Assembly (NCBI GenBank): GCA_040285745.1
Contig: JAUFOR010000006.1
Span: 62,001-126,000 of the forward strand
Length of the DNA stretch: 64,000 bases
Direction: 5' to 3'
From: Barthelona sp. PCE
Lineage: Eukaryota
The notes under the pieces are model-generated. The model was not told the DNA's origin. It searched no databases and saw only the letters and a list, made by a program, of their open reading frames with translations. Numbering within the stretch: position 1 is the stretch's first letter; each line of letters starts with the position of its first letter. A program made the position numbers and the translations under genes. Positions 28,925 to 40,424 of this stretch are shown here, piece after piece.

Positions 28925-31042
28925 ATGCCACGCTTGCGTAACTTTGAAGATGACTTGATTTTAGCTTCACATCCAGAGGGCAAGATTGTTTTTGAAGAAA
29001 AGAGCTTAAGAATGTATTCTACACAAGAAGTTGAAAATATTAGTTTCATTGATAGCGCAATAGAGGGCCATTCTTTCAGTGGACACGTAGAGGGTTCATA
29101 TGATCTCTCTGAACGCACTGTTAAATACATCTTAAGTGATGAATTTGTATCTATTGAAGATGTTTATGAAATGAATGATTTAGTTGGACATAAAATTAAA
29201 TTCTTTAAAGAAATCACAAGTGACGTGCATAAAGAACTGTATGTACCATTCCCTTTCCAAATAGAACATCCAGATATGTTTGTTAGAGATTTTTTTCCCA
29301 TGCAAGATGAATATTTTATTTTTTCGATAGAAGATTGGAACATATGTGAAACGAGAAGTTATCTTTTTAATGTTATTACAAAACAATATAGATTAGTAAC
29401 GGATTATGAGTATCAAATCATAGATTTTAATTCAAAAAGTGTTTTTTTTCTTCTTTCTCAAGGTGCTGATACATATTATCAATATATTTTTTCCAAAGAA
29501 GATATTAATGAGGCAAAAGAACCAGACTTAGATGAAATAACTGGTGTTATTAACCATAGTTTTGTGAAATGTTTTAATGCAGAATGTATTTGTTTCATAA
29601 ATGGAAATGAAACACTGGAAAAAATGATTTTGGTTGATTGTTACAGAAATAGTATTGATCTGATTGAAAGGTTCCCTCAATTAAAAACAATTGGAATGGA
29701 TTCTTTTACTCATTTTGGATTAATTAATTTGACTCAGCATCTCTTTACAATGGTTCTTCTTAGGGAAGAGTTTTTATTGACTGTGATACACATTGAAAAT
29801 GATCATCTGATGATGTCATCAGGTGATATAGGTTGCCAAAATCCCATGTGTTCTCATAAAAAGCTTATTAATGTTAATGAAATTTTTTTTGATGAAGAGT
29901 GCATTTTTTATGGGCACTCAAACAGCTCATCTGTATTTGGTCCTCTTCGATTCATTAATGCTAATAATGAAGTTATTAATTTGAGCAATCTCTGTCGTAG
30001 CATGATTTTTTTTAATGGTATATTACAGTTTGTTGAAAAATTTCAAACGAATTATTACTTATATTTAAGGGAAAAGAAGATTATAATATTTAAAAGTAAC
30101 AAAAAAATGAAGGAAAATGATATACTTTGTAATGATACTGTGGTCTTTCCAGCTGGAGATTGTTTTTTTGTAATGGCAACTGTGAAAGATTCGGAGAACC
30201 TGATAACTGCTAGAATACACTGGGAACGATCACAAGCAGCACCCATTATTACAAACATTCCATGTGGTGGCACAAAATTGAAGGGATATATGTTTGGATT
30301 ACCATTGAGTTATTCAGATGATGGTGTAGTTACAAACTATTTTCTAGGTGAAAAGAAGATTTTCAGTACCAGAAATGTATATTATGGTATTAGTTATTTT
30401 ACATCGTTTTCTAATGAAAGTGCAAGTGCATGTATTTTTTGCATTTCACTTTATTTTTTCAAATTTAGCATCGATAAACACAAAGTAGAGATTCAAAAAC
30501 ACGTTGAGTTCAATGCAAATCATCAGATATCAAGAGTTTACTTTAATCCATATTTAATGGAAGAGACAGGGTATCAACTCTTTGTTGTACAATATATTGA
30601 TGAGAATTTAAGAATCAGACAATATTTATATTGTTTAGATTGGGTATCAGAAAGATTTTTTGAACCAATTCTACTTTATAATGAAGCTGATTTGGAAGGT
30701 GATCGTTTCTATGATTTTTTGGGTTCTGAATACATGAGAATGGATTCTGGAATCGCAAGAATTTCTATTTTAAATGAAATAATTGAAGTAATAGTTATTA
30801 GAAATGCTGAATTTCCTCATAGAGACCATGATCAGGATTTAAATCTACCTAGCAATATTGCACAGACATCATCATACGATGATAATACAAAGACAATAAC
30901 ATTAAGAACGTTTAACATAGACAAGGATCCACATTCTACGAATCCCACAGTGGAAACGTTCCATCTTCCTTCTTTCCTGGCTGAGGCATCTGTATTTGAA
31001 TACTACATGCCCGATTATTATGAGAAATGGAGAAATGAATAG
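28925..31042 (+). CDS. Orphan 'MPR' family protein, copy 1
   Basis: AT-rich 705-aa ORF from ATG 28925 (MPRLRNFED); F/I/Y/N-rich; C-terminal VETFHLPSFLAEASV resembles copies 2 and 3. Confidence 0.7.
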   Translation: MPRLRNFEDDLILASHPEGKIVFEEKSLRMYSTQEVENISFIDSAIEGHSFSGHVEGSYDLSERTVKYILSDEFVSIEDVYEMNDLVGHKIKFFKEITSDVHKELYVPFPFQIEHPDMFVRDFFPMQDEYFIFSIEDWNICETRSYLFNVITKQYRLVTDYEYQIIDFNSKSVFFLLSQGADTYYQYIFSKEDINEAKEPDLDEITGVINHSFVKCFNAECICFINGNETLEKMILVDCYRNSIDLIERFPQLKTIGMDSFTHFGLINLTQHLFTMVLLREEFLLTVIHIENDHLMMSSGDIGCQNPMCSHKKLINVNEIFFDEECIFYGHSNSSSVFGPLRFINANNEVINLSNLCRSMIFFNGILQFVEKFQTNYYLYLREKKIIIFKSNKKMKENDILCNDTVVFPAGDCFFVMATVKDSENLITARIHWERSQAAPIITNIPCGGTKLKGYMFGLPLSYSDDGVVTNYFLGEKKIFSTRNVYYGISYFTSFSNESASACIFCISLYFFKFSIDKHKVEIQKHVEFNANHQISRVYFNPYLMEETGYQLFVVQYIDENLRIRQYLYCLDWVSERFFEPILLYNEADLEGDRFYDFLGSEYMRMDSGIARISILNEIIEVIVIRNAEFPHRDHDQDLNLPSNIAQTSSYDDNTKTITLRTFNIDKDPHSTNPTVETFHLPSFLAEASVFEYYMPDYYEKWRNE

Positions 31043-31116
31043 GAGATATAATGTTTCCAACTTTTTTTTCTTTTAATCCTTTTCTTTCATATAAATAAAT
31101 GTTTTTATTAATCAAA

Positions 31117-32778
31117 TCAAAGCATCTCCTCAAGAGCATCGGAATCCCAATCACTGAAATCTTCTTCTTCTTCCTCATTATAAACGAAACTCTCAACTTC
31201 ATCGGTGACTTCATCATCCTCCTGTTCCTCTTCCAAATCGTGATCCTCTATCACGGTGAGTGCAGAGAATGGGTTATTCTCAGGATATAACACAACATCG
31301 TGCATGCCTTCACTGACCATAGCCCGCAATCCTAATGTTCCATCATTTTCTTCATCTTCATCTTCTTCATCCTTCTTCATCGCTTCCATGTCACGCAAGT
31401 GCGCCTCTTCCATCTTTTCTTCGTATGTACGCCTGTTCTTACGCTGTTCTTTACGACGATGACGGCCGATTTGTTGAGAGGGGTCAATATCAGAAACATT
31501 GTACTGTGTACCCTCCCGTTGCATTTCCTCACGCTTTCCGCTGTTCATGATAACATAATCGGTGATTACACGAGTGTAAATAGATTTAACCTGTTTATCA
31601 TCTTCAACCTCTTCTTTTTTAACCAACCTCGCTCCGTACACTTCATTATCTTCTGCCATTATCGAATCAGCGGGCTCAGCGGGCTCTGCGAAGAATTTAA
31701 TTCGTCCAGCGCACCAATCTTTAAGAATAAGCTGAGCACTCTTTTGTATGTTAACAAGATAACCTTTCTCTATAAATCCTCGACGTCTTGCAAGATCACT
31801 CAGCAGCTCTTCTAACTCAAACTCACCTCCATCATATTCAGGGTAATAGTGATAGACTAAATCGGGACATCGCTCTAAAAGAGAGCCTGCAATCTGTTCA
31901 GGGTTAGGAATGGACTCGATACGCATCGCGTTACGCAACACGACGTCCACAGACGCGTCCTCATCAAGCACAATACCAGGAGAATCCATGAATCGAACAT
32001 ATCGATCAAGAACAATTTCACTAGTTGTTTTAGTCCAACCAGCTGTAGAAGAGGTTGATACGACCTTTTTACGACGCAAAGAGTTGATCAAGGACGATTT
32101 ACCGACGTTAGGATACCCAACAAAACCAACTAACACAGGTTTTCTCGCACGTTTTCTGTCTGTAGTTCTAAAATAAGTGAATGCTTTAATTCTCTTTAAA
32201 AGCTCAACGTTACCACGAGCCTTAGAGGTCACTGCAATCACCTTTGTCTTAATGCTCTCATAATACTCAATCCATCTTTGAATAACTGATCTTGGGACTA
32301 AATCGACTTTGTTAAGCACAATGATGACCTTCTTACCATGTGATCGAATGCTGTCCTCAACGGTCAGTGAGCGGCATCCCTCAGGATCGCGTGCATCAAC
32401 TACCTCAAGTACAACATCGCACTCACGAACAACACGATGCAAGTGCTTTGCGTATTGCTTTAATTCTGCCGAAGAAGATATCTTAGAGTCAAGCTCGCGT
32501 GACTTCTGGTATGCGCTAGTTGCAAATTTAGCATTTAAAGCAAAGTCCTCCATAGAAGTAAACATTTTGGAACTGTGAAGTCTATTCTTAGTCTTTTCAT
32601 GCTTTTCCTGGCGCTTCTGCTTCCAAAAAGAGCGTTCCTCGTTCTTCTGTTTGTTATATTTTTCAATACTGATGGTTTCCATTTCATTATCAGCCTTCTT
32701 ATTGTTTTTCCGCCTGCCCTTTGCTGTTTTGCGGCCATTAAACCGTGCACTGAGGTTCTTTCCACGTTTCTTGCCCAT
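31117..32778 (-). CDS. Circularly permuted nucleolar GTPase (GNL3/Nug1-like)
   Basis: DVVLEVVDARDP, NKVD, GYPNVGKSSLIN, DSPG in G4-G1-G3 order; basic N-terminus and acidic tail. Confidence 0.88.
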   Translation of the reverse strand: MGKKRGKNLSARFNGRKTAKGRRKNNKKADNEMETISIEKYNKQKNEERSFWKQKRQEKHEKTKNRLHSSKMFTSMEDFALNAKFATSAYQKSRELDSKISSSAELKQYAKHLHRVVRECDVVLEVVDARDPEGCRSLTVEDSIRSHGKKVIIVLNKVDLVPRSVIQRWIEYYESIKTKVIAVTSKARGNVELLKRIKAFTYFRTTDRKRARKPVLVGFVGYPNVGKSSLINSLRRKKVVSTSSTAGWTKTTSEIVLDRYVRFMDSPGIVLDEDASVDVVLRNAMRIESIPNPEQIAGSLLERCPDLVYHYYPEYDGGEFELEELLSDLARRRGFIEKGYLVNIQKSAQLILKDWCAGRIKFFAEPAEPADSIMAEDNEVYGARLVKKEEVEDDKQVKSIYTRVITDYVIMNSGKREEMQREGTQYNVSDIDPSQQIGRHRRKEQRKNRRTYEEKMEEAHLRDMEAMKKDEEDEDEENDGTLGLRAMVSEGMHDVVLYPENNPFSALTVIEDHDLEEEQEDDEVTDEVESFVYNEEEEEDFSDWDSDALEEML

Positions 32779-32823
32779 TGTATGTGTGTGTAAGGGTTGT
32801 TAAGCAAAAAACCACCTTTTCAG

Positions 32824-33288
32824 ATGAACACAAACGGGTTGTGTAGTTATTGTGACAAACCCATCGCTAAGTACCGATATTCGAGCAAATCAAGGGTACT
32901 AAAGCCTTTAACGACGGAACAAGTTTGTGCGCAGGACACATACTTGGACGATCGTTACCAAAGCACTCAGGTCAATGACTGCGCATTCGTTCGGGAACAT
33001 GTGGAGGAATTATTATCTCGTCCATTCAAACCTCTACTTGACCCTGCGCGAGATGTGAAGCGTTTACATTTTACTAGTTCAGCCAACATGGGTAAGGGGC
33101 TGCATAAAGACGGGAAGTTACGTGTTTTGAAGCATAGGGACGTTAATTATAACTCGTTTTCGTTGAGTACTCATATAGAAAACCGTGCTATTCCTTTTGT
33201 AACTGGAATTCAACGTCGAAAGTACAACAAACACCGTGACTATTCATTAAGACGTCAAGAATATAAACCATTAAAGTCCCTAAAGTGA
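32824..33288 (+). CDS. Small basic hypothetical protein with N-terminal CxxC
   Basis: ATG 32824, 154 aa, fills the gap between neighbouring genes. Confidence 0.55.
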   Translation: MNTNGLCSYCDKPIAKYRYSSKSRVLKPLTTEQVCAQDTYLDDRYQSTQVNDCAFVREHVEELLSRPFKPLLDPARDVKRLHFTSSANMGKGLHKDGKLRVLKHRDVNYNSFSLSTHIENRAIPFVTGIQRRKYNKHRDYSLRRQEYKPLKSLK

Positions 33289-33340
33289 TTAACAACAACA
33301 AAAAAAAGTTGATTATATGCTATTTACTAACTAGGCTGTA

Positions 33341-34621
33341 TTAGAGCTTATTCATTGCCTTTAAAGTTGCGATGGTGGCACCAGCAATCATAAAAACAAA
33401 ACCCATAGTCAGCACAAAATATGCCTTTAGTTTTTCTACACCCTTAGGCCTATCTAAAGCAGGTAATTTGAGATAAAAGATAGAAGGAAGAATAAAAACA
33501 ATAATCATACCAGGGATCGAACCGGAGAAACCCAAAACCGTACTCAATTTTTTAACCTTGATTGCAATTCCACATGTAACACAAACAATAATAGTAGCAA
33601 CAATCATTTGAGTTGACATACGACCACGGTATTTCTTGGGTAAAGCGAGGTTCTCCACACTACCTCTAAGAGCAAAACAAACTAAAGGATATGAAAAACA
33701 CAAGACCAAGCCCATTCCCAATTGAGCTAATTGAATATAAAAGGGAGGACGGACTTCTCCAAATGAATTAAGAATATCATCGTCTGTGAGATCACCAAAA
33801 TGAAGATATCCACCAATACCTGCTAACATGTATGTCATTAAACAAAGAGTAACACTAGCGTTAATAACGCGGACCATACGAGCTGGGGTGCGATCACTGA
33901 GTTCTTCGTAGATACGGGGAAGATTATAGTGTGCAGTGAATGCAACAGTGATTAATGGTGGTGCTAACCACATCTTCTTGTCAAAATTAAATAGTTGAAT
34001 GTCTGGGGCAATAGGGTTAATAATAACGTTAATTACCAGGATTACAACAAGGTATAAGATGAAAAAGAGGGCTGCTGTTGATGTGAATTTCAAAAAATCT
34101 AATTTGGGTAAGAAGGAAAGAGGGATAAAGATGAAAACAGCAACAAGAATAATGATTTGTGTTCTGTGTTCTGAAGGAATCCATCCAGTTACCCAGTGCT
34201 TTAAGATCTCGTTAAACATATCCGATACAATGATAGGATAACCCGTACATGTGCCCAAAGTATAAAGAGTAAGGAAAATTTCCAGGTAACGAGCTTTCTT
34301 TGTTTTAAGAACAGCTTCTGAGATTTCGTTGTAGTAGAACTTCTTTGTGGAACTGGCACAATATGTCAGGAAAGTGAGTGAAGTTCTAGCGAGGTAAGCG
34401 GTCAAAGCCAACATAATAAGGCCGTTGACAAGACCTGCACACTTAAGAGCATAACTCAGAGACAGAACACCTGCTCCGAGGGCAGTGTTACAAAGAGTAA
34501 TGATACTACTGTTGAGTGAAGCACCTTTAGTAGGTTTTTCAACATCAGTGGTAATGGCAGCTTCCCTCACAAGTAATGGGGTGTCTTCCGTGATGTCATT
34601 CATGACTTTGGAATCAGGCAT
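33341..34621 (-). CDS. Amino-acid transporter (AAAP/SLC38 family)
   Basis: NTALGAGVLSL, AFTAH, GYLHFG, SYPL motifs; about 11 hydrophobic segments; ATG 34621. Confidence 0.9.
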   Translation of the reverse strand: MPDSKVMNDITEDTPLLVREAAITTDVEKPTKGASLNSSIITLCNTALGAGVLSLSYALKCAGLVNGLIMLALTAYLARTSLTFLTYCASSTKKFYYNEISEAVLKTKKARYLEIFLTLYTLGTCTGYPIIVSDMFNEILKHWVTGWIPSEHRTQIIILVAVFIFIPLSFLPKLDFLKFTSTAALFFILYLVVILVINVIINPIAPDIQLFNFDKKMWLAPPLITVAFTAHYNLPRIYEELSDRTPARMVRVINASVTLCLMTYMLAGIGGYLHFGDLTDDDILNSFGEVRPPFYIQLAQLGMGLVLCFSYPLVCFALRGSVENLALPKKYRGRMSTQMIVATIIVCVTCGIAIKVKKLSTVLGFSGSIPGMIIVFILPSIFYLKLPALDRPKGVEKLKAYFVLTMGFVFMIAGATIATLKAMNKL

Positions 34622-34824
34622 TGTTTGAAAAGGTAGAGAATAGAGAATTCGAGAGTGTGATTTCAAAAAATATTCTGCAACTTTTTGAAGTGTTTTCAAT
34701 GGATAATTTTGAACCAATTTCAAAAATTGCGGAATAAATAAGCTTTATGCGATAGTTTTAAACAATGCCTGTTTCTAATATTCTTTTTTATTGATTTTGA
34801 TGGGACAGCTAGCTGCTAAACGAA

Positions 34825-35262
34825 TTAAACAAATCGAGCATGGGTTTCCTTACCCTTAGTATTCAAACGGAACATACCATACATGGTTTCATTTTCAGAT
34901 TCCTCCACTTGATAGCTGTCATCAGTTTGATAACACACACACTCCCAGTTACCGAACTCCAGTTGTGAGAGATGACTTACTGTTGATGTTTGTGGTACCT
35001 TGGCATAGATTACTTCCTCATGAAGCGGGCAGTATACTAAGGCTTTGAATACAACTCCAATCAGGACAACACCCCACGTCCTCACAGTGAGACCTTGTTG
35101 AATCTTTTCTAAACCAAAGGTTTTGATAATGTGACATTGTAAGGGTTCAAATAAGTGCCCTTCGAGACGTTTGACACGTTCGTTGATGTGCTTTTCAAGA
35201 TCTGAACTCAAAAATGCAGGCTCAACATCGAATTTTGTTTCTATGCGAACTTGGAAAAACAT
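34825..35262 (-). CDS. Divergent RPB7/RPA43/RPC25-family RNA polymerase stalk subunit
   Basis: MFF start, .P.FL, LEG, V.FKALVY.P...EV..A.V pattern; 145 aa. Confidence 0.6.
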   Translation of the reverse strand: MFFQVRIETKFDVEPAFLSSDLEKHINERVKRLEGHLFEPLQCHIIKTFGLEKIQQGLTVRTWGVVLIGVVFKALVYCPLHEEVIYAKVPQTSTVSHLSQLEFGNWECVCYQTDDSYQVEESENETMYGMFRLNTKGKETHARFV

Positions 35263-36006
35263 ATTTGTGTAAGAGAGTATAAATTGGTTGAATGCGTATT
35301 GGCAATGTGTAGTGAAGTGATCAAGAGCTAGAAAAGCCCAATGAAAGAGGTATAAAAGAGAATACAAATGTAGTGAAGAAGATATTTGTTGCTGTTGTTA
35401 CTGGTACCTTCAGTGGGTTCAATGGGGCATTATCATCGCTGGAACAGCGTCGCACAGCTTGAAAGTGTCATTTGCGAACAAAACTCACAAAAATTTTCAG
35501 TCTGCTTCTTAATGCACAAACGGGGTTTAATTCTCAAAAATTGAGTTATATTTACGTTTTGCTACTCTAAACCCTGATTTTTAACGTTGAATCCTGACTT
35601 TTAAGGAAAATACTTCAATAAACTTGCACAAAATTAAGAAACTTGCAATTAAATATCTTTTTTGATTGAAAACCTAGATAAAACAGCCATTAAAGACACC
35701 TAAGGCATCAAACATGGATGCAGGGTAATACATTTTTTTTAGTTGTCATAATATTCACTATATTGTGCATCAATATGGTGTATCTTTACAGTTAACGAAC
35801 ACCCAATACATAAATAAGGGTATTATTGAACTCATATATTGTTTTTTCAATATCACCCTTTCTCTGGAGGATATGTTGAAGAAGAAGGCATAAATTACAA
35901 CTAAACTTCATCAACACTCACCGCATCCACCGCAAATACACCCCGCATTTTAAGAATTGCATAATACCCATTTTTTATTGCACATTCTATATAAATTAAT
36001 TGGAAA

Positions 36007-39000
36007 ATGATGGGCCTACCTTTAGCAACAGACGTGGTACGCAACTTAGTGTTTGAGTCAAGTTCAAAACGCATGCGAAAGAAACCCCCACTACGTCGAA
36101 AGCCATCTCGCATTAAATCGCTTGAGATTCTGAGTCCACCATTGCAAAGAGAAGCATCTAAGCCCTCTGTACCAACCCTTTCGTCCCTAAACTTAAAGAA
36201 ACGGAAGAATATTAAAAAGAAGCACCTAAAAGCAAAGAAGAAGAAACCTCGAGTTCCAGTTTTTAAGAAGAAACCTTCAATTCAGCCACGCAGTCTACGC
36301 CCTTCATCAGCTAGACAGCAACGTACAGCAATCTTGGAACAATTATCTTACATGAAACAAACAGAGCAAGCCAGTGACGAATATAATGAAATGAAAACAG
36401 CAATTTCAATTCCCTATCATTACGATCGGCGACCGATGTTCATGGCATCAGCTCCTATTCGCCAGAAAGCAAACTTTACAGAAGTTTCATACGAAAATAG
36501 TGTAGAAGTTGTTCAACCTCATGAAGAAAAAGTATTGCAAAATGTTGAAACAACATTAGAATTAATGGATGAGGCTATGATCAGTCAACAAGATTCTCAA
36601 TTTCAATTTGACTTGATGAATGCTGGTTCAAGTGTTTTTAATATGATTGAGTATGATTCATCCAATCCTAATACTCCAAAATCTTCTCTTGCTCAAGAGT
36701 TTACATCAATATCAAAGCAAGGAAGCATTGATTTGTTAGATAAATTGCCTATAGTTGAAAGTGATGATGAGAATTTGAGTAGTGTAGAGTTCTATTCCGA
36801 TGATGATTTATGTTTTGCTCCTAAATCGTTGTTGAATTACACAGATAATACTGCTTTCGGCAGCGCTGTCCAGTCTCAGTATGTGTCCGATGCGTCATCA
36901 GTTGACAATATTAACGTTGATGCAGTACCACGACTCGATTTCAGTGTAATAGATTTCATGTCTTCGAAGGCAAAAACAACACGTGAAGGATCTAATAAGT
37001 ATGTTATCAGAGAGATGCGTGGTTTTTCAGAGTTTGATGAAGTGTTTTTTGATCGTAATTCCACTCATCTCAAGACAAGTCGTCGTCATCGAATTCGTCT
37101 TGCAAAACCAAAGACAACACGTGTCACATCACAGGACGTGGAAGAGATACGTCGGTATCTGCTTCAAATGAATAAGTTATATGGTGTGAATCAAAGTACT
37201 ACTAAGTCGCATGACATTTTTTTCGAAGATGATATGCGTCTTATAAAGGAGACCAGTATCGTCCGAGCGTTGATTGGTATATATAAGAGACGCCATTTCT
37301 TACCAAATGATCCTAAAACAGAAAACATGCTTCAAGTCCTAAGTCAGGATCGGCGTTTTCAAGATAACACTACAGATAATGTGCTGGACAATGTCAATGA
37401 TATGATATGGTTCGACGAGCACGAAGGTGTCAGAGATCCTGTTGTAGAAAGCCCGAATAATCGTAATGAGTTACTCATTGGAGATCTCTCAAAAGAGCTG
37501 TCATTTGAGCCAGCTGTGCGTCGTTTCTTATCATATTTCATTTCAAATAAGGATTTCACACCGAGATACGAGGAGGTAGAACATGCTCGTAAACTGAAAG
37601 AGGAGCTTCTTTCAGATCAACCTAAAATACATATTACCCTTACTCCAGTCAGGAAAGAACAAGACCAAGAATTGAACCCCGAGCCGAAGCCAGAAGAGGT
37701 GAATGAGGAAGAGGAGGTGAGGGAGCCAGAGGAAGAGTCAGTTGAAGTTATTGAGGAGATTGAGCCAGTTCATGATTTACACGTTAGTGTTATCGACATT
37801 GATGATGATATTGGCGTATATGCCACCGAGGAACAAAGAATATTGAACTCTCCCCGTTCTCCCCGTATGTCACCGTCACATTCCAGACTTCATTCAAGGA
37901 ATGCTTCAAGAATTCAGTCCGGTCAATCTAGACAACGCAGCCGTACCAGAAACCGTGACCAATCACGTGCTGCTGGCTCTGTTTTAAGCCTTGTATCATC
38001 CAGTCAAAACTCTCATTTGATCCCTGATGTTGAGCGATCATATTCACTAATATTCACAACTTTGAATGGAATTTTTTTTGAGAATTTCTGTCTCAACAGT
38101 CCTCTTCAAACTAAAAATTCGGAACGTTTTATTCACTGTACCTATGATCTTATGGAATTATTGCAAAAGCCAATGTTTCGTGTCCTTGACGGCGTCCACA
38201 CATATAAGTTCTTCTATTGGTTCCGTAACCTACTTGCTCTTCGGCAGTGGTACCATGCTACTGATCGTATAACAACATGGAGGCAACTCGAGAACCCACA
38301 AACACCTATCTTCTTAGTCTATGCACCAGATTGCCGTGAACATCCAAAGCACTGTCTGAAGCTTGCATGCTCGCGTTTAGGTAATTTTAAGATATTACCG
38401 GTTGAGACTAACCAAATAGGGTGGAACGTTATGTTTTTGTGGGGTGTTTCTGTTACTAAATACATGGATAAGTTCACAGACTACGTTCAAGAGGGCATCT
38501 ATGGAACAGCGCACGCATCAAAGACACCGAAAGAATTACTTTTTGGAATATTGGATTTGCACTTCATGACTTTCTTCCAGCGTGTCTCTGCTATTCCTAA
38601 CAATAGATTTTTGATCTCAAAGGCTCTTTTGTACACAACCATGACAAAATATCATCGTTTTGATAAGAATAAGTTCCTTAATGTAATGCCTCCTACATTT
38701 ACTCTACCCAAGCAATTCCCAGCGTTTCACGATTACGCACAAAAGTATCCGGACGCTGTGTTCATCCTGAAGCGTCTCGGTGCTAGCAGAGGTCGAGATA
38801 TCAGTATTGTAACAGATTTCCGAACTCAGATAGTTGCATTGAAGCATAATCACATCATCCAAGAGTATATTCGTAATCCGTGGTTAATTCAAGGGAAAAA
38901 GTTTGATTTCCGTATATATTTCCTGGTTAGTTCAGTCGAACCAATGCAGGTATACATTTATCGTGAAGGTTTTGCTCGTTTTTGTTGTGAACCATATGCT

Positions 39001-39885
39001 GCTGAAACAACAACAGACTTTATTGATATTGTTAGGCACCTCACTAATACAGGAATACAATTACCTTATTATAGAGATAACGATCATCGTTCTGAAGTGA
39101 AATTACCTTTCCATGAGAGTATAACATTTGCTCATAACCACCCTACAAAAGTTTCATTGCAGTCATTTAAAGAAATGCTAAAGTATATGTTCGATAACCC
39201 TGGATCAACTAACATTGATCTGAATCCTTATTCTGATAGTGAAGCTCTATTTGATGTTATTTGGCATCGTATTAGAACGATTATTACAAAAACTATGACA
39301 GTTATGCGTAGTAAGTTAATGGGTGGGCTGAAAAATCTCAGTAATCATTATAACGCACGTATGAAAGCGTTTACTAAGAAACCAATATATCCTTTTGATG
39401 ATGATTTTACTCCACGTTTTCCTTTCTCTAATTGTTTTTTTGAGGTATTTGGAGCTGATATTCTATTTGATGATCAATTAAAACCATATTTATTAGAGGT
39501 TAATACAGGTCCATCATTAGAAATTGATACTTCATTAGATGAAGAAGTGAAATCTCGACTTTTAGGTGACACTCTTCGTACTATCAAGCCTATATGGTAT
39601 TCTCGTGAACAGATGCTTGCTATGCTCAGTGATATTCTAACGACTAATAACTTTAAACTTATTCCTCAGCGACTTGATGATAAGATTTCGCACTTGTTTT
39701 TTCAGCCGATTGATGAAGTTCTCTCTCAAGAAACAGAGGCTTTTGGTAACTATGAGGTGCTTATTCCCAGCGAGCAGGCCGAAAAGGCACGTAAAATTGT
39801 GAACGGATTGCATAAGAAACAGCAAAAATCACTTTCAAAACGTCGTACGGTTGATGATTTTAGAAACAATCATGGATATCATTAA
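36007..39885 (+). CDS. Tubulin-tyrosine-ligase-like (TTLL) glutamylase/glycylase
   Basis: MPPTFTLP, SRGRDI, QEYIRNP.LI.GKKFDFRIY.LV, EGFARF, HLTN, FEVFGADIL.D..LKPYLLEVN.GPSL. Confidence 0.92.
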   Translation: MMGLPLATDVVRNLVFESSSKRMRKKPPLRRKPSRIKSLEILSPPLQREASKPSVPTLSSLNLKKRKNIKKKHLKAKKKKPRVPVFKKKPSIQPRSLRPSSARQQRTAILEQLSYMKQTEQASDEYNEMKTAISIPYHYDRRPMFMASAPIRQKANFTEVSYENSVEVVQPHEEKVLQNVETTLELMDEAMISQQDSQFQFDLMNAGSSVFNMIEYDSSNPNTPKSSLAQEFTSISKQGSIDLLDKLPIVESDDENLSSVEFYSDDDLCFAPKSLLNYTDNTAFGSAVQSQYVSDASSVDNINVDAVPRLDFSVIDFMSSKAKTTREGSNKYVIREMRGFSEFDEVFFDRNSTHLKTSRRHRIRLAKPKTTRVTSQDVEEIRRYLLQMNKLYGVNQSTTKSHDIFFEDDMRLIKETSIVRALIGIYKRRHFLPNDPKTENMLQVLSQDRRFQDNTTDNVLDNVNDMIWFDEHEGVRDPVVESPNNRNELLIGDLSKELSFEPAVRRFLSYFISNKDFTPRYEEVEHARKLKEELLSDQPKIHITLTPVRKEQDQELNPEPKPEEVNEEEEVREPEEESVEVIEEIEPVHDLHVSVIDIDDDIGVYATEEQRILNSPRSPRMSPSHSRLHSRNASRIQSGQSRQRSRTRNRDQSRAAGSVLSLVSSSQNSHLIPDVERSYSLIFTTLNGIFFENFCLNSPLQTKNSERFIHCTYDLMELLQKPMFRVLDGVHTYKFFYWFRNLLALRQWYHATDRITTWRQLENPQTPIFLVYAPDCREHPKHCLKLACSRLGNFKILPVETNQIGWNVMFLWGVSVTKYMDKFTDYVQEGIYGTAHASKTPKELLFGILDLHFMTFFQRVSAIPNNRFLISKALLYTTMTKYHRFDKNKFLNVMPPTFTLPKQFPAFHDYAQKYPDAVFILKRLGASRGRDISIVTDFRTQIVALKHNHIIQEYIRNPWLIQGKKFDFRIYFLVSSVEPMQVYIYREGFARFCCEPYAAETTTDFIDIVRHLTNTGIQLPYYRDNDHRSEVKLPFHESITFAHNHPTKVSLQSFKEMLKYMFDNPGSTNIDLNPYSDSEALFDVIWHRIRTIITKTMTVMRSKLMGGLKNLSNHYNARMKAFTKKPIYPFDDDFTPRFPFSNCFFEVFGADILFDDQLKPYLLEVNTGPSLEIDTSLDEEVKSRLLGDTLRTIKPIWYSREQMLAMLSDILTTNNFKLIPQRLDDKISHLFFQPIDEVLSQETEAFGNYEVLIPSEQAEKARKIVNGLHKKQQKSLSKRRTVDDFRNNHGYH

Positions 39886-40424
39886 CTCAAGCTAAGCATA
39901 GTGCGCATCTTTTCTTTAAAGTCACAGTCTATTGAACCGCCCAATGCTTTTTGAAGTGATGCATACAGCATTTCAATTGGCATGGTATTTTCACAGCGTG
40001 TGTTTGCTATAAAGTCAACCAGAGGTCTGTTTTCGAATGGATGCTGGATTGCGATGTTATGAAGTTCAGTGAAAAACTTTTCCAGAAGAGTTAAGAATTG
40101 CACAGATGAAATATTCTCGTCTTTGATTACAACTGTGAAGAAAAAGACATCTTGTGTGTCTGATATGCTCTCAAAATCTTGTCGTAGGTATCTATTACTA
40201 GAAATAGCATGTTGAAGTGGAATATGCAGATTAAACACTTCTCTCAGTGATTCCCAATTTTTATACTCAATAAAAGTATTATTGTCATCTATACATTGTA
40301 TTATTATGCTGGAAATATCAGTTTCATAGACTTGAAGCTCAATATCTATGGTTGCGCTTTTTTTCTCATACTTAAGGGTGTTATATATTTGTAAAGGGGT
40401 CTCAAAGATGGCTGAAAGAGTCAT
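39882..40424 (-). CDS. Hypothetical protein
   Basis: 180-aa ATG-initiated ORF filling the TTLL-DMC1 gap; no family recognised. Confidence 0.55.
   Translation of the reverse strand: MTLSAIFETPLQIYNTLKYEKKSATIDIELQVYETDISSIIIQCIDDNNTFIEYKNWESLREVFNLHIPLQHAISSNRYLRQDFESISDTQDVFFFTVVIKDENISSVQFLTLLEKFFTELHNIAIQHPFENRPLVDFIANTRCENTMPIEMLYASLQKALGGSIDCDFKEKMRTMLSLS

Noticed and set aside
35390-35460. GC-richer intergenic patch with short stems
   Set aside because: No match to snRNA, tRNA or snoRNA motifs that I could support.
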